From an uncultured Actinomycetes bacterium (GTDB lineage Bacteria > Actinomycetota > UBA4738 > HRBIN12): a stretch of 64,000 bases of DNA. Shown in pieces: positions 39,059 to 46,731 of the stretch. The notes under the pieces are model-generated. The model was not told the origin of the DNA. It searched no databases and saw only the letters and a list, made by a program, of their open reading frames with translations. How positions within the stretch are numbered: the first letter of the stretch is position 1; each line of letters starts with the position of its first letter. The stretch covers positions 93,255-157,254 of the forward strand of contig CAVOYV010000008.1 of NCBI GenBank assembly GCA_963700855.1, written 5' to 3'. Position numbers and translations under genes: made by a program.

Positions 39059-39741
39059 GAACGCACCATCGTCTCAGACGGGCTCGTCGATCGGCCGAGT
39101 CCCGGCAACGCGACCTGGCCGACCCCGGAGAACGACAACCTGTGCACCGGCGTGGGGCCGTGTCGGTCCAGCGCGTCCCAGTGGTCGGGGGTGCCGTACC
39201 CCTTGTTCTCGGCGAACCCGAAGCCCGGATAGCGTTTGTCGAGCGTTCGCATGATCCGATCTCGCGTCACCTTCGCGACGATCGACGCTGCGGCGATCGC
39301 CGCGGTGACCGCGTCGCCCTTCTTCACCCCGAGCGAGGGGCAGGGCATCCTCGCCACGGGGAACCCGTCGGTGAGCGCGTAGTCGGGGCACGGGTCGATC
39401 GCCTTCACGCACCGACGCAGGAGCGCGAGGTTGCTCCGGTGGAGCCCACGCGCGTCCAGGACCGAAGGCTCGATCTTGCGGACGGCCACCTCGCAGTCCT
39501 CCACGATCCGTGCGTACTGCTCCTCTCGCTGGGCGGGCGTGAGGAGCTTGGAGTCCCGGATCCCCAGGCGGTCGAAGCCATCGGGCAGCACCACGGCGGC
39601 CGCGACGAGTGGGCCGGCGAGCGCCCCGCGGCCGGCCTCGTCGACGCCCGCGATCCGGCGGAACCCGCGTGCCCGAAGGAGAGCCTCGTAGCGATCGAGG
39701 TCGTCCGTGGCTACAACCCTCCCCAGTGCCCCGGCGGCCAT
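39055..39741 (-). CDS. rnhB: ribonuclease HII
   Basis: 228-aa ORF with GVDEAGRGALAGPLV, DSKLL and ASIVAKVTRD. Confidence 0.95.
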   Translation of the reverse strand: MAAGALGRVVATDDLDRYEALLRARGFRRIAGVDEAGRGALAGPLVAAAVVLPDGFDRLGIRDSKLLTPAQREEQYARIVEDCEVAVRKIEPSVLDARGLHRSNLALLRRCVKAIDPCPDYALTDGFPVARMPCPSLGVKKGDAVTAAIAAASIVAKVTRDRIMRTLDKRYPGFGFAENKGYGTPDHWDALDRHGPTPVHRLSFSGVGQVALPGLGRSTSPSETMVRS

Positions 39742-40415
39742 ACGATCACGAACGCCCTCCCGATCACCCGGTCGACCGGCACGAACCCGACGCCGCCCTC
39801 CTCCGGCTCGAGCCGGGAGTCCCCCGAGACGAGCCGGTTGTCACCCAACACGAACAGCATGCCATCGGGCACCGTCACGGGACCGTAGGAGCGGGTGTCT
39901 TCCTCGGCCGCCAGGTACGGCTCGTCGATCGCCTCGCCGTTCACGTACAGCTGGCCCCGGCGGATCTCCACCACATCGCCGGGGAGTCCCGCGACCCGCT
40001 TGATGAAGTCCTCGTCCTCCGGCTGGGCGACCCCGATCCCCTCGGCGAGCCACCGCAAGGCGCCCGATACGGGACCACGTTCGTGCGGCGCCGGATCGGG
40101 ATCGGCGAACACGACGACGTCGCCGCGTTCGATGTCGCCGAACCGGTAGCAGAAGCGGCAGACGAGGACGCGGTCGCCGCGTACCAGGGTCGGCTCCATC
40201 GACTCCGATGGGATGTAGAAGGCCTGGACCAGGAAGGTCTTGACGACGATCGCGATGACGAGCGCGATCACGATCAAGATCGGGAGCTCGCGCCAGAACT
40301 TCCCTCGATGCCCGTCGTCCGCGTGGCGGGTGGCTCGGGACGCGACGACGGGGTCCTCGGATCCGGGGTCGGGGATAGGGGCCGGGTCGACGGCGTCTGG
40401 CTGCCGGTCGGCCAC
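39711..40415 (-). CDS. lepB: signal peptidase I
   Basis: 234-aa ORF with a TM helix, then IPSESMEPTL, RGDVVVF and VLGDNRLVSGDSR. Confidence 0.95.
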   Translation of the reverse strand: MADRQPDAVDPAPIPDPGSEDPVVASRATRHADDGHRGKFWRELPILIVIALVIAIVVKTFLVQAFYIPSESMEPTLVRGDRVLVCRFCYRFGDIERGDVVVFADPDPAPHERGPVSGALRWLAEGIGVAQPEDEDFIKRVAGLPGDVVEIRRGQLYVNGEAIDEPYLAAEEDTRSYGPVTVPDGMLFVLGDNRLVSGDSRLEPEEGGVGFVPVDRVIGRAFVIVWPPGHWGGL

Positions 40416-40420
40416 GCGGG

Positions 40421-41026
40421 TCAGGCCTCGGCCTTCTCCTCGCCGGCGCTCGCCGCCGGCTCGTCGGTGGCCGACTCCTCGGTGGCCGGCTCGTCGGTGG
40501 CTGGCTCGTCGCTGGAGGGCTCGTCCGTCACCTCGGCCGCGTCCACGACGTCGGCCTCGACCCCGGCTGCCTCGGCGTCCACCGCAACCTCCTCGGTCTC
40601 TGCCTCGTCGTGCGCCGCCTCAGCCTCGGCCTCGGCGGCTGCATCGGCGGCGGCGGCTTCCATCGCGGCGAGCTTCGCGTCGTCGATGCGGCGCTCCTTG
40701 ATCCGCGCCTTCTTCCCGCGGAGGTCGCGGAGGTAGTAGAGCTTCGCCCGGCGAACGCGGCCGCGCTGGACGAGCTCGAGTTTCGCGATCGATGGCGAGT
40801 GGACGGGGAACGTCCGCTCCACGCCGACGCCGAACGAGATCTTGCGGACGGTGAACGTCTCGCGGATGCCACCACCCGAGCGCCGGATCACGACACCTTG
40901 GAACACCTGCACGCGCTCACGGTTCCCCTCCACCACGCGGACATGCACCTTCACGGTGTCGCCGGGGCGGAAATCCGGGAGATCCGTGCGCAGGAACGGC
41001 TGCTCGATCAGATCGGTCGTGTTCAT
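40421..41026 (-). CDS. rplS: 50S ribosomal protein L19 with ~85-aa acidic C-terminal extension
   Basis: 201-aa ORF. An L19 core ([29 protein letters not shown]) is followed by an Ala/Glu/Asp-rich tail with [20 protein letters not shown] repeats. Confidence 0.95.
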   Translation of the reverse strand: MNTTDLIEQPFLRTDLPDFRPGDTVKVHVRVVEGNRERVQVFQGVVIRRSGGGIRETFTVRKISFGVGVERTFPVHSPSIAKLELVQRGRVRRAKLYYLRDLRGKKARIKERRIDDAKLAAMEAAAADAAAEAEAEAAHDEAETEEVAVDAEAAGVEADVVDAAEVTDEPSSDEPATDEPATEESATDEPAASAGEEKAEA

Positions 41027-41053
41027 GGCAACGGCCGGGCAGTGTACCAGCGG

Positions 41054-41743
41054 TCAGTCGCCGCCCGACCGCTCCTCGAGCAGGTCCGGACGGTTCCGCA
41101 GGGTCTTCTCGCGGGCCGCCTGGGCCCGCCAGCGCTCGATCTCTCCGTGGTGACCCGACAGCAGCACGTCGGGGACCCGCATCCCGCGGAACTCTGCCGG
41201 GCGTGTGTAGTGCGGGTGATCGAGGAGCGCTGGGTCGGAGAACGAATCCTGACGGTGCGACTCCTCCTTGCCGATCACGCCGGGGATCAGCCGTGTCACC
41301 GCCTCGATCAGGACGAGCGCGGGGAGCTCTCCCCCCGAGAGCACGTAGTCGCCGATCGAGACCTCCTCGGCAGGGAGACCCTCGATCACGCGCTCGTCGA
41401 AGCCCTCGTAGCGGCCGCAGAGCACCGTGAGGTGCGGCTCCGCGGCAAGCTCCACGACCCGTGCCTGGTCCAGACGGCGACCGGCCGGCGACATCGCGAG
41501 GACCCGTCCCCGATCGGGATCGAGCGACTCCACCGCCGCGAAGACCGGCTCGGGCTTCACCACCATCCCCGGACCGCCGCCGAACGCCTCATCGTCGACC
41601 GTCCGGTGGCGGTCCGTGCTCCAGTCCCGCAGGTCGTGCACCCGCACCTCGACGAGACCCGCATCGATCGCGCGGCCGAGCAGGCTCTCCGACAGCGGCC
41701 CCGCGACGATCGTGGGGAACAGCGAGAACACGTCGATCAGCAC
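41054..41743 (-). CDS. trmD: tRNA (guanine37-N1)-methyltransferase
   Basis: Within ORF 41054..42382. GTG 41743 (VLIDVFSLFP) is the start. Motifs VLCGRYEGFDERV and GDYVLSGGELPA. The 213-codon upstream extension is Arg/Pro-rich junk. Confidence 0.95.
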   Translation of the reverse strand: MLIDVFSLFPTIVAGPLSESLLGRAIDAGLVEVRVHDLRDWSTDRHRTVDDEAFGGGPGMVVKPEPVFAAVESLDPDRGRVLAMSPAGRRLDQARVVELAAEPHLTVLCGRYEGFDERVIEGLPAEEVSIGDYVLSGGELPALVLIEAVTRLIPGVIGKEESHRQDSFSDPALLDHPHYTRPAEFRGMRVPDVLLSGHHGEIERWRAQAAREKTLRNRPDLLEERSGGD

Positions 41744-41850
41744 GCCGCCGAGGCTACCGGAGCCACCACGCTCACGCTGCCCGATGATCGTGCGCTTGCC
41801 ACGCGCCCGCTTCGAGGTCAGTATCCGCCGGTCCGAACGGAACGAGAGAG

Positions 41851-44138
41851 GTGGGCGTGGAGTACCTGATCCTTGCGGGCGTCGTGGCCGCCGCGATCGT
41901 GATCGGCCGCGACATGCTCCTGCAGCGGCGTCTCGAGCGCGACCGGATGGACGCGTACGGCATCCTCGCTGATCGCTTGCGCTCCCCGGCGACGGGGCTC
42001 GACGTCGGCGCTCTCCTCCCGTCCGGGATCCATGCCCCCACCCGTGAGTCCACGGACCCGTGGGATGCCGCCGAGGATGCGCTCGATATCGAGACCTTCC
42101 GACCCACGCTTCGACCTGACGCCGAGATCGCCGTCTTCCGGCTCCGATGGGGGGACGACTACGCGATGGCCTGCGGTCCCGACCGCATCCGGCACTTCCA
42201 GCTCGAGATCTGGGAGGCCGAGCTGCTGCAGCGGATGGACGGGTCGCGGACGGTCGGTGAGCTGATCGTCGACCACCTCGGGCGTAGCGGCGACCTCGAC
42301 GCCGCCGGCGTGCTGGGGCTGATCGAGACGCTCCGACTGGACGGCTTCTTCGAGCCGGGGGCCCCCGTCGACGTGGACGCACTCGTGCAGGCGCGGATGG
42401 ACCCGAGCACCACGGGCCGCCGGAAGATCCGGGAGTTCCTCAAGAGCCTTCAGCTGTCCTGGCACGGTGCGGATCGCCTGATGGAGCGCCTCTACGACGG
42501 AGGGTTCAAGCTCTTCTTCCGCCCCCCGTCATCGTGGCGGCCGTGCTCCTGGCGGTCGTGGGCGTTGCGGCGTACGTGTCGGTGCTCACGTCGGGAAGGT
42601 TCACCCTCGTGCTCAGCAACCCGCCCGCCCAGGCGGCGATCCTCATGGTGCTCGGGCTCGTGCTCACCGCCGCCCACGAGCTGGGCCACGCGCTCGTCCT
42701 CACCCACAACCGTCGCCGCGTGGGTTCGGCGGGGTTCATGCTCTACTACGGCTCGCCGGCGTTCTACGTGGACGCCTCGGACGGGCTGATGTTGCCGGCA
42801 GGCCCGCGGATCGCCCAGGCTGCGGCCGGTCCCTTCGCCGAGCTGGTGCTGGCGGGGATCACCTCGATCGCGCTGTTCGTGTTCCCCGAGTCCGCCGTAG
42901 CGCCGCTGCTGTTCAAGTTCGCGTTCCTGAACTACTACGTGATCATCCTCAACCTGATCCCGCTCCTCGAGCTCGACGGCTACTGGATCTTGTCGGACGC
43001 GATCCAGGTCCAGGACCTGCGGCCCCGCTCGCTCGCCTTCGTGCAGCGGGAGATGTGGCGCAAGCTCCGTCGTCGTGAGGGATTCACGATCCAGGAGATC
43101 GGCTTCGGGCTGTACGGGACCGTCGGGCTTGCGTTCACCGTGGTCTCGCTCCTGTGGAGCGCGTACTACTGGCGCGAGGTTACCGGCACGCTGCTCATCG
43201 ATCTCTGGGAGATGGGGACGTGGGCCCGGCTCCTGCTGGTCGCGCTGATCCTGTTCATCGCCGGGCCGATCGTCCGCGCTGCGATCACGACCGGGCGGGC
43301 GATCGGACGGAGGGCGCGCGCGCTCTGGCGGCGGATCGTGTTCCGTTTCGAGATGCGCTGGCGGGTCGAGGCCGCGGAGCTGATCGACGCCCTTCCCGCG
43401 TTCGACGACCTGCCCGTCGATATCCTCAACGACCTCGCGGGCCGCGCCGGGCTGCGGACGATCCCACGCGGCCACGTGGTGTTCCATCGCGGTGACGACG
43501 CCGACAGCTTCTACGTGATCCGCCGCGGCCGGGCCGTGATCGAGGACGACGACCCCGATACGGGCGACACGCGGGTGATCTCGACCCTGACCCGGGGCGA
43601 CTCGTTCGGCGAGCTCGGCTTGCTCAATAGGAGTCCTCGATCGACCACGATCCGCGCGGCCGACGACCTGGAGCTCTTCGAGGTCGATCGGCCGACCTTC
43701 GACCGCCTGTTGGCGCAGCTGATCGACGTCCCCGACTTCGCGCCCACGATGCAGGCCTTCGCGGAGCTGAAGCAGCTACCGCCGTTCCGAACCTCGACGT
43801 TCGAGGAGCTCGCCGACGTGCTCGAGCATGGCGGATGGCTCTCCGCCGCCCCCGGCCACGCGTTCGTGGAGCAGGGCGAGCCCGGGGATGCCTTCTACGT
43901 CGTGGGCTCGGGGCAGGTCACGGTCCTCGCGGATGGGCAGGAGGTGGCCGTCCTGGGGCCGGGGCAGCACTTCGGCGAGGTAGCCTTGCTCGAGGACGTG
44001 CCGCGGACCGCGAGCGTCGTCGCCCGGACACCGGTGCGGGTCTTCCGGCTGGACCGTGAGGGGTTCACCTCCATCGTGGCGGACGCGTTCCAACGGGGAG
44101 CGCTCCGGCGTTCGGCGGACCGCACGTGGCAGCACTGA
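41851..44138 (+). CDS. PqqD/RRE-like + M50 (site-2 protease) + 2x cyclic-nucleotide-binding domain membrane protein; one frameshift in a C6 run
   Basis: ORFs 41851..42789 and 42534..44138 join at 42522-42527 (..KLFFRPP/VIVAAVLLAVVG). Zinc motifs HELGH and NLIPLLELDG are present. Both cNMP phosphate-binding cassettes are present (FGELGLL..PRSTTIRA and FGEVALLEDVPRTASVVA). The N-terminal segment IWEAELLQRMDGSRTVGELIVDHL...LIETLRLDGFF is PqqD-like. Confidence 0.75.
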
Positions 44139-44168
44139 TCACCTGAGGAACGGAGCGAGAGGAGCAGG

Positions 44169-44381
44169 ATGGACTGCTGGCACTGCAAGCGGAGCGCGGT
44201 GGGGACCTGCAGGTTCTGCGGCCGAGGGGTGTGCGAGGACCACGTCAAGACGAAGCCGTTCATCCTCGACCTGTTCCGTGGCACGGACCACACGCGAGCG
44301 CTCGTGGTGGAAGACGCCCTGTTCTGCGGCGCGTGCTCCCCACGGCCGGACCCGTTGGATCTGCCCGAACTCGACGTGTGA
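44169..44381 (+). CDS. DUF2180-like cysteine-rich (zinc-ribbon) small protein
   Basis: 70-aa ORF MDCWHCKRSAVGTCRFCGRGVCEDH...LFCGACSP, with three CxxC pairs plus C/H. GAGGAG RBS. It starts 30 nt after the M50 gene. Confidence 0.6.
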   Translation: MDCWHCKRSAVGTCRFCGRGVCEDHVKTKPFILDLFRGTDHTRALVVEDALFCGACSPRPDPLDLPELDV

Positions 44382-44392
44382 CGTGCATCACA
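44377..44392. promoter_or_regulatory. perfect CRP/FNR-type palindrome TGTGA-N6-TCACA
   Basis: TGTGACGTGCATCACA read directly. It overlaps the stop codon of the DUF2180-like gene. Confidence 0.65.
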
Positions 44393-44398
44393 TCTCCG

Positions 44399-44414
44399 TG
44401 TGTCATACGTCACC
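44399..44414. promoter_or_regulatory. second, imperfect CRP-type box TGTGT-N6-TCACC
   Basis: TGTGTCATACGTCACC. Its centre is 22 bp (two helical turns) from the first box. Confidence 0.45.
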
Positions 44415-44536
44415 GTCATCCACGTGATGAACGACACCGGAAGATGGTGACCGCCGATACCGCGACATCACCACGCGTCGTGCATCATGACATCGAGAGC
44501 GGGCCGAGGGGGCCCGCAGACCCAGGAGGCAGCGAG

Positions 44537-44680
44537 ATGGCGGACAAGAAGATCCAGCCGAAGGCTCCGGAGAAGACCGAGGCTGCGGCCGGCGCCCGCG
44601 AGAGCGCCGAGCGCGAGACACTGCGCAAGCAGAAGCGGAAGACCGTCAAGCGCGCGCAGCTCCGCAAGAGCGTCAGGTAA
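44537..44680 (+). CDS. 47-aa lysine/arginine-rich small protein, unknown function
   Basis: CCAGGAGG lies 7 nt upstream of the ATG. The product is MADKKIQPKAPEKTEAAAGARESAERETLRKQKRKTVKRAQLRKSVR. A strong terminator follows. An in-frame upstream ATG at 44444 would give 78 aa. Confidence 0.5.
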   Translation: MADKKIQPKAPEKTEAAAGARESAERETLRKQKRKTVKRAQLRKSVR

Positions 44681-44702
44681 CGGTAGATCTGCCAGCAGTC
44701 GA

Positions 44703-44740
44703 GAAGGGCCCCGGGCGGTTGCCCGGGGCCCTTCTGTGTG
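44703..44740 (+). terminator. intrinsic terminator
   Basis: Perfect 14-bp stem GAAGGGCCCCGGGC-GGTT-GCCCGGGGCCCTTC followed by TGTGTGT. Confidence 0.8.
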
Positions 44741-44824
44741 TCCGGGGTCGCGTCGCCCGCGCCCTTTGATAGGGTCCGCGGCGTGACGCGATCCTCCCCC
44801 CGACCCCCCGACCTTGCCCTCGTG

Positions 44825-45490
44825 ATGACCGGCACAGCCTTCCTGGCCCGCGCGCCGAAGAGCCGCGTCGCGGCGCTCGTCGACCAGGGGCGCGTCCACC
44901 GGTTCCGCCGCGGCACCTACGTCTCCCATCAGGGCGACCCCGCCGATGAAGTGTTCTTCCTGATCGAGGGCAAGGTGGAGATCAGCTCGGTGTCCCCGAC
45001 CGGGTCCCGCGTGCTCCATGCCGCGGTCGACATGCCGCAGTTCCTCGGAGAGCTGGGTGTCCTCGGCGGGCTCCCGAGGGCGGCCGATCTGCTTACGCTC
45101 GAGGACTCCGACATCTGGACGGCCGACGCGGAGGCCTTCCTCGGGTTCGTCACCTCGGAACCGTCGTCCGCCCGCGAGGTGCTACGGGCACTCGCGCGAC
45201 AGGTTCACGAGCACCAAGCGTTCGCGGACGATCTCCTCTACCTCGATCTGAAGGGGCGCGTCGCGAAGCGGCTGCTCCAGATGGGGACGCCGTCGCTCTC
45301 GGACCTGCCCGCCGCGGGCACGACCGTGGGACCGATCACCCACGCGGACCTCGCGAGCCTGTGCGGCGGGAGCCGGGAGAACGTCACCCGGACCCTCAAG
45401 GACTTCGAGCGACGAGGGCTGATCGCTCGCGACGCGAACCGCTACGTCCTCAAGAAGGTCCCGGCGCTCGCGAAGATCGCCGATCTGTAG
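44825..45490 (+). CDS. Crp/Fnr family transcriptional regulator (cNMP-binding + HTH)
   Basis: ORF 44738..45490. The start is set at ATG 44825 (MTGTAFLARAP). cNMP domain FLGELGVLGGLPRAADL. The HTH is ITHADLASLCGGSRENVTRTLKDFERRGLI, with the R-E-x-x-x-R recognition pattern. Confidence 0.85.
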   Translation: MTGTAFLARAPKSRVAALVDQGRVHRFRRGTYVSHQGDPADEVFFLIEGKVEISSVSPTGSRVLHAAVDMPQFLGELGVLGGLPRAADLLTLEDSDIWTADAEAFLGFVTSEPSSAREVLRALARQVHEHQAFADDLLYLDLKGRVAKRLLQMGTPSLSDLPAAGTTVGPITHADLASLCGGSRENVTRTLKDFERRGLIARDANRYVLKKVPALAKIADL

Positions 45491-45493
45491 GCC

Positions 45494-46012
45494 TCACGTC
45501 TCCTCGTCGGGGACGGTGAGACCCGGGACGTCGCGGACGACGATCCTCTTCGCCGTGACGTCCACGTCGATCAGCACGTCCTTGAGTGCGGGGACGAGGG
45601 TCTCAACGCCGACCGCGTCGACGGCGACCCACAGGTCGTTCGCGGGGTTCGCGATCACCTCGCGTACCTCCCCCAGGTCCCGCCCCGATTCGGTCATGAC
45701 CCGGCATCCCTCGAGGTCGTGCGGCCACCACTCGTCCTCGCCGAGGTCCGGGAGCCACGAGACGGGGACCACGAGCACCGCGCCGCGCAGGGCTTCGGCG
45801 GCCGTCCGGTCGGCCACCTCGTCGAACGTGACGGTGAGCTTCACACCCTGCATGCGGGCGGCCCGCACGGTGAGCGACCGGCCCTGCTCCGTGAACACGA
45901 CGGCACCGGGTACCCAGCGGTCTGGGTTGTCGGAGCGGTTCTGCACGGCGACCTCGCCGCGCAACCCGTGGGCCCTGGTCACGAGGCCGACGACGATCGT
46001 CGGCTCGTCCAC
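45494..46012 (-). CDS. rimM: 16S rRNA processing protein RimM
   Basis: Within ORF 45494..46105. GTG 46012 lies 1 nt after the KH-protein stop. The N-terminus reads VVGLVTRAHGLRGEVAV, and a PRC barrel C-terminus is present. Confidence 0.9.
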   Translation of the reverse strand: MDEPTIVVGLVTRAHGLRGEVAVQNRSDNPDRWVPGAVVFTEQGRSLTVRAARMQGVKLTVTFDEVADRTAAEALRGAVLVVPVSWLPDLGEDEWWPHDLEGCRVMTESGRDLGEVREVIANPANDLWVAVDAVGVETLVPALKDVLIDVDVTAKRIVVRDVPGLTVPDEET

Positions 46013-46013
46013 C

Positions 46014-46244
46014 TCAGTCCTCGAAATCGACGCGCGCGGCGACGTGCTGACGCCCGGCGGCGGCCCGAACCACCTGGCGGATCGCCTTGGCCGTGCGGCC
46101 GCCACGGCCGATCAGCTTGCCCAGCTCGCCGTCGGAGACCCGGACGACGTACACGGGGCCGCGATCGTCGAAGGACTCCTGGACGTCGACGGCGTCGGGC
46201 TCGTCGACCAGCTCGCGACAGAGGAACTCGACGAGCTCCTTCAC
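46014..46244 (-). CDS. KH domain RNA-binding protein (YlqC/KhpA-like)
   Basis: 76-aa ORF with GKLIGRGGRTAKAIRQV. It sits between rpsP and rimM. Confidence 0.9.
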   Translation of the reverse strand: MKELVEFLCRELVDEPDAVDVQESFDDRGPVYVVRVSDGELGKLIGRGGRTAKAIRQVVRAAAGRQHVAARVDFED

Positions 46245-46245
46245 G

Positions 46246-46704
46246 TCAGGCCTCGGCGCTCTCCTCCGCCGGCGTCTCCGCCTCGGCGGCCTCGGGCTCA
46301 GCAGGGGCCGGCTCGTCGGCGGGGGCAGGTGGCTCGGCCGCTGCCTTCGCAGCCTCGGCCGCCTTCGCCTGCGCCTTCTTCGAGACCTTCTCCTTCAGGA
46401 CCCGCTCGGGCTTGGGTCCCCCCGCCACCTTGCCGGCGGACGGGCGCTCGGCCACGAACGTGTCCCAGATGCCCACCTTCGACATCAGGTTGCGCACCTG
46501 GCTCGACGGCTGGGCACCCACCCGGAGCCAGTGGAGAGCGCGCTCCTCGTCGATCTCGATCAAGGAGGGGTCGCTCAGCGGGTGGTACTTGCCGATCGCC
46601 TCGATGAAACGACCGTCGCGGGGGGCCCGCTGGTCGGCCACCACGACACGGTAGAAGGGTCGCTTGTTCGACCCCATCCGACGCAGCCGGATCCTCGTCG
46701 CCAT
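46246..46704 (-). CDS. rpsP: 30S ribosomal protein S16 with Ala/Pro/Glu-rich C-terminal extension
   Basis: 152-aa [38 protein letters not shown] is followed by ~60 aa of a K/A, then E/P/A tail. Confidence 0.95.
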   Translation of the reverse strand: MATRIRLRRMGSNKRPFYRVVVADQRAPRDGRFIEAIGKYHPLSDPSLIEIDEERALHWLRVGAQPSSQVRNLMSKVGIWDTFVAERPSAGKVAGGPKPERVLKEKVSKKAQAKAAEAAKAAAEPPAPADEPAPAEPEAAEAETPAEESAEA

Positions 46705-46731
46705 CCTTCGTTCCTCTTCCTGTTCGTTCGT

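Noticed and set aside
44231-44680. The 149-aa ORF spanning the DUF2180 gene 3' half, the CRP-box spacer and the basic small ORF.
   Set aside because: Its first two-thirds are out of frame with the Cys-rich gene and Arg-rich. Only the last 47 codons (or 78 from ATG 44444) have an RBS and terminator context.
41851-45490. The cassette could be read as a Pycsar/CBASS-like anti-phage system, with a cNMP-binding effector.
   Set aside because: No nucleotide cyclase or CD-NTase gene is adjacent. The cNMP domains have ordinary cAMP/cGMP-type cassettes. A Crp regulator with matching CRP boxes points to endogenous second-messenger signalling. It is kept only as a remote possibility.
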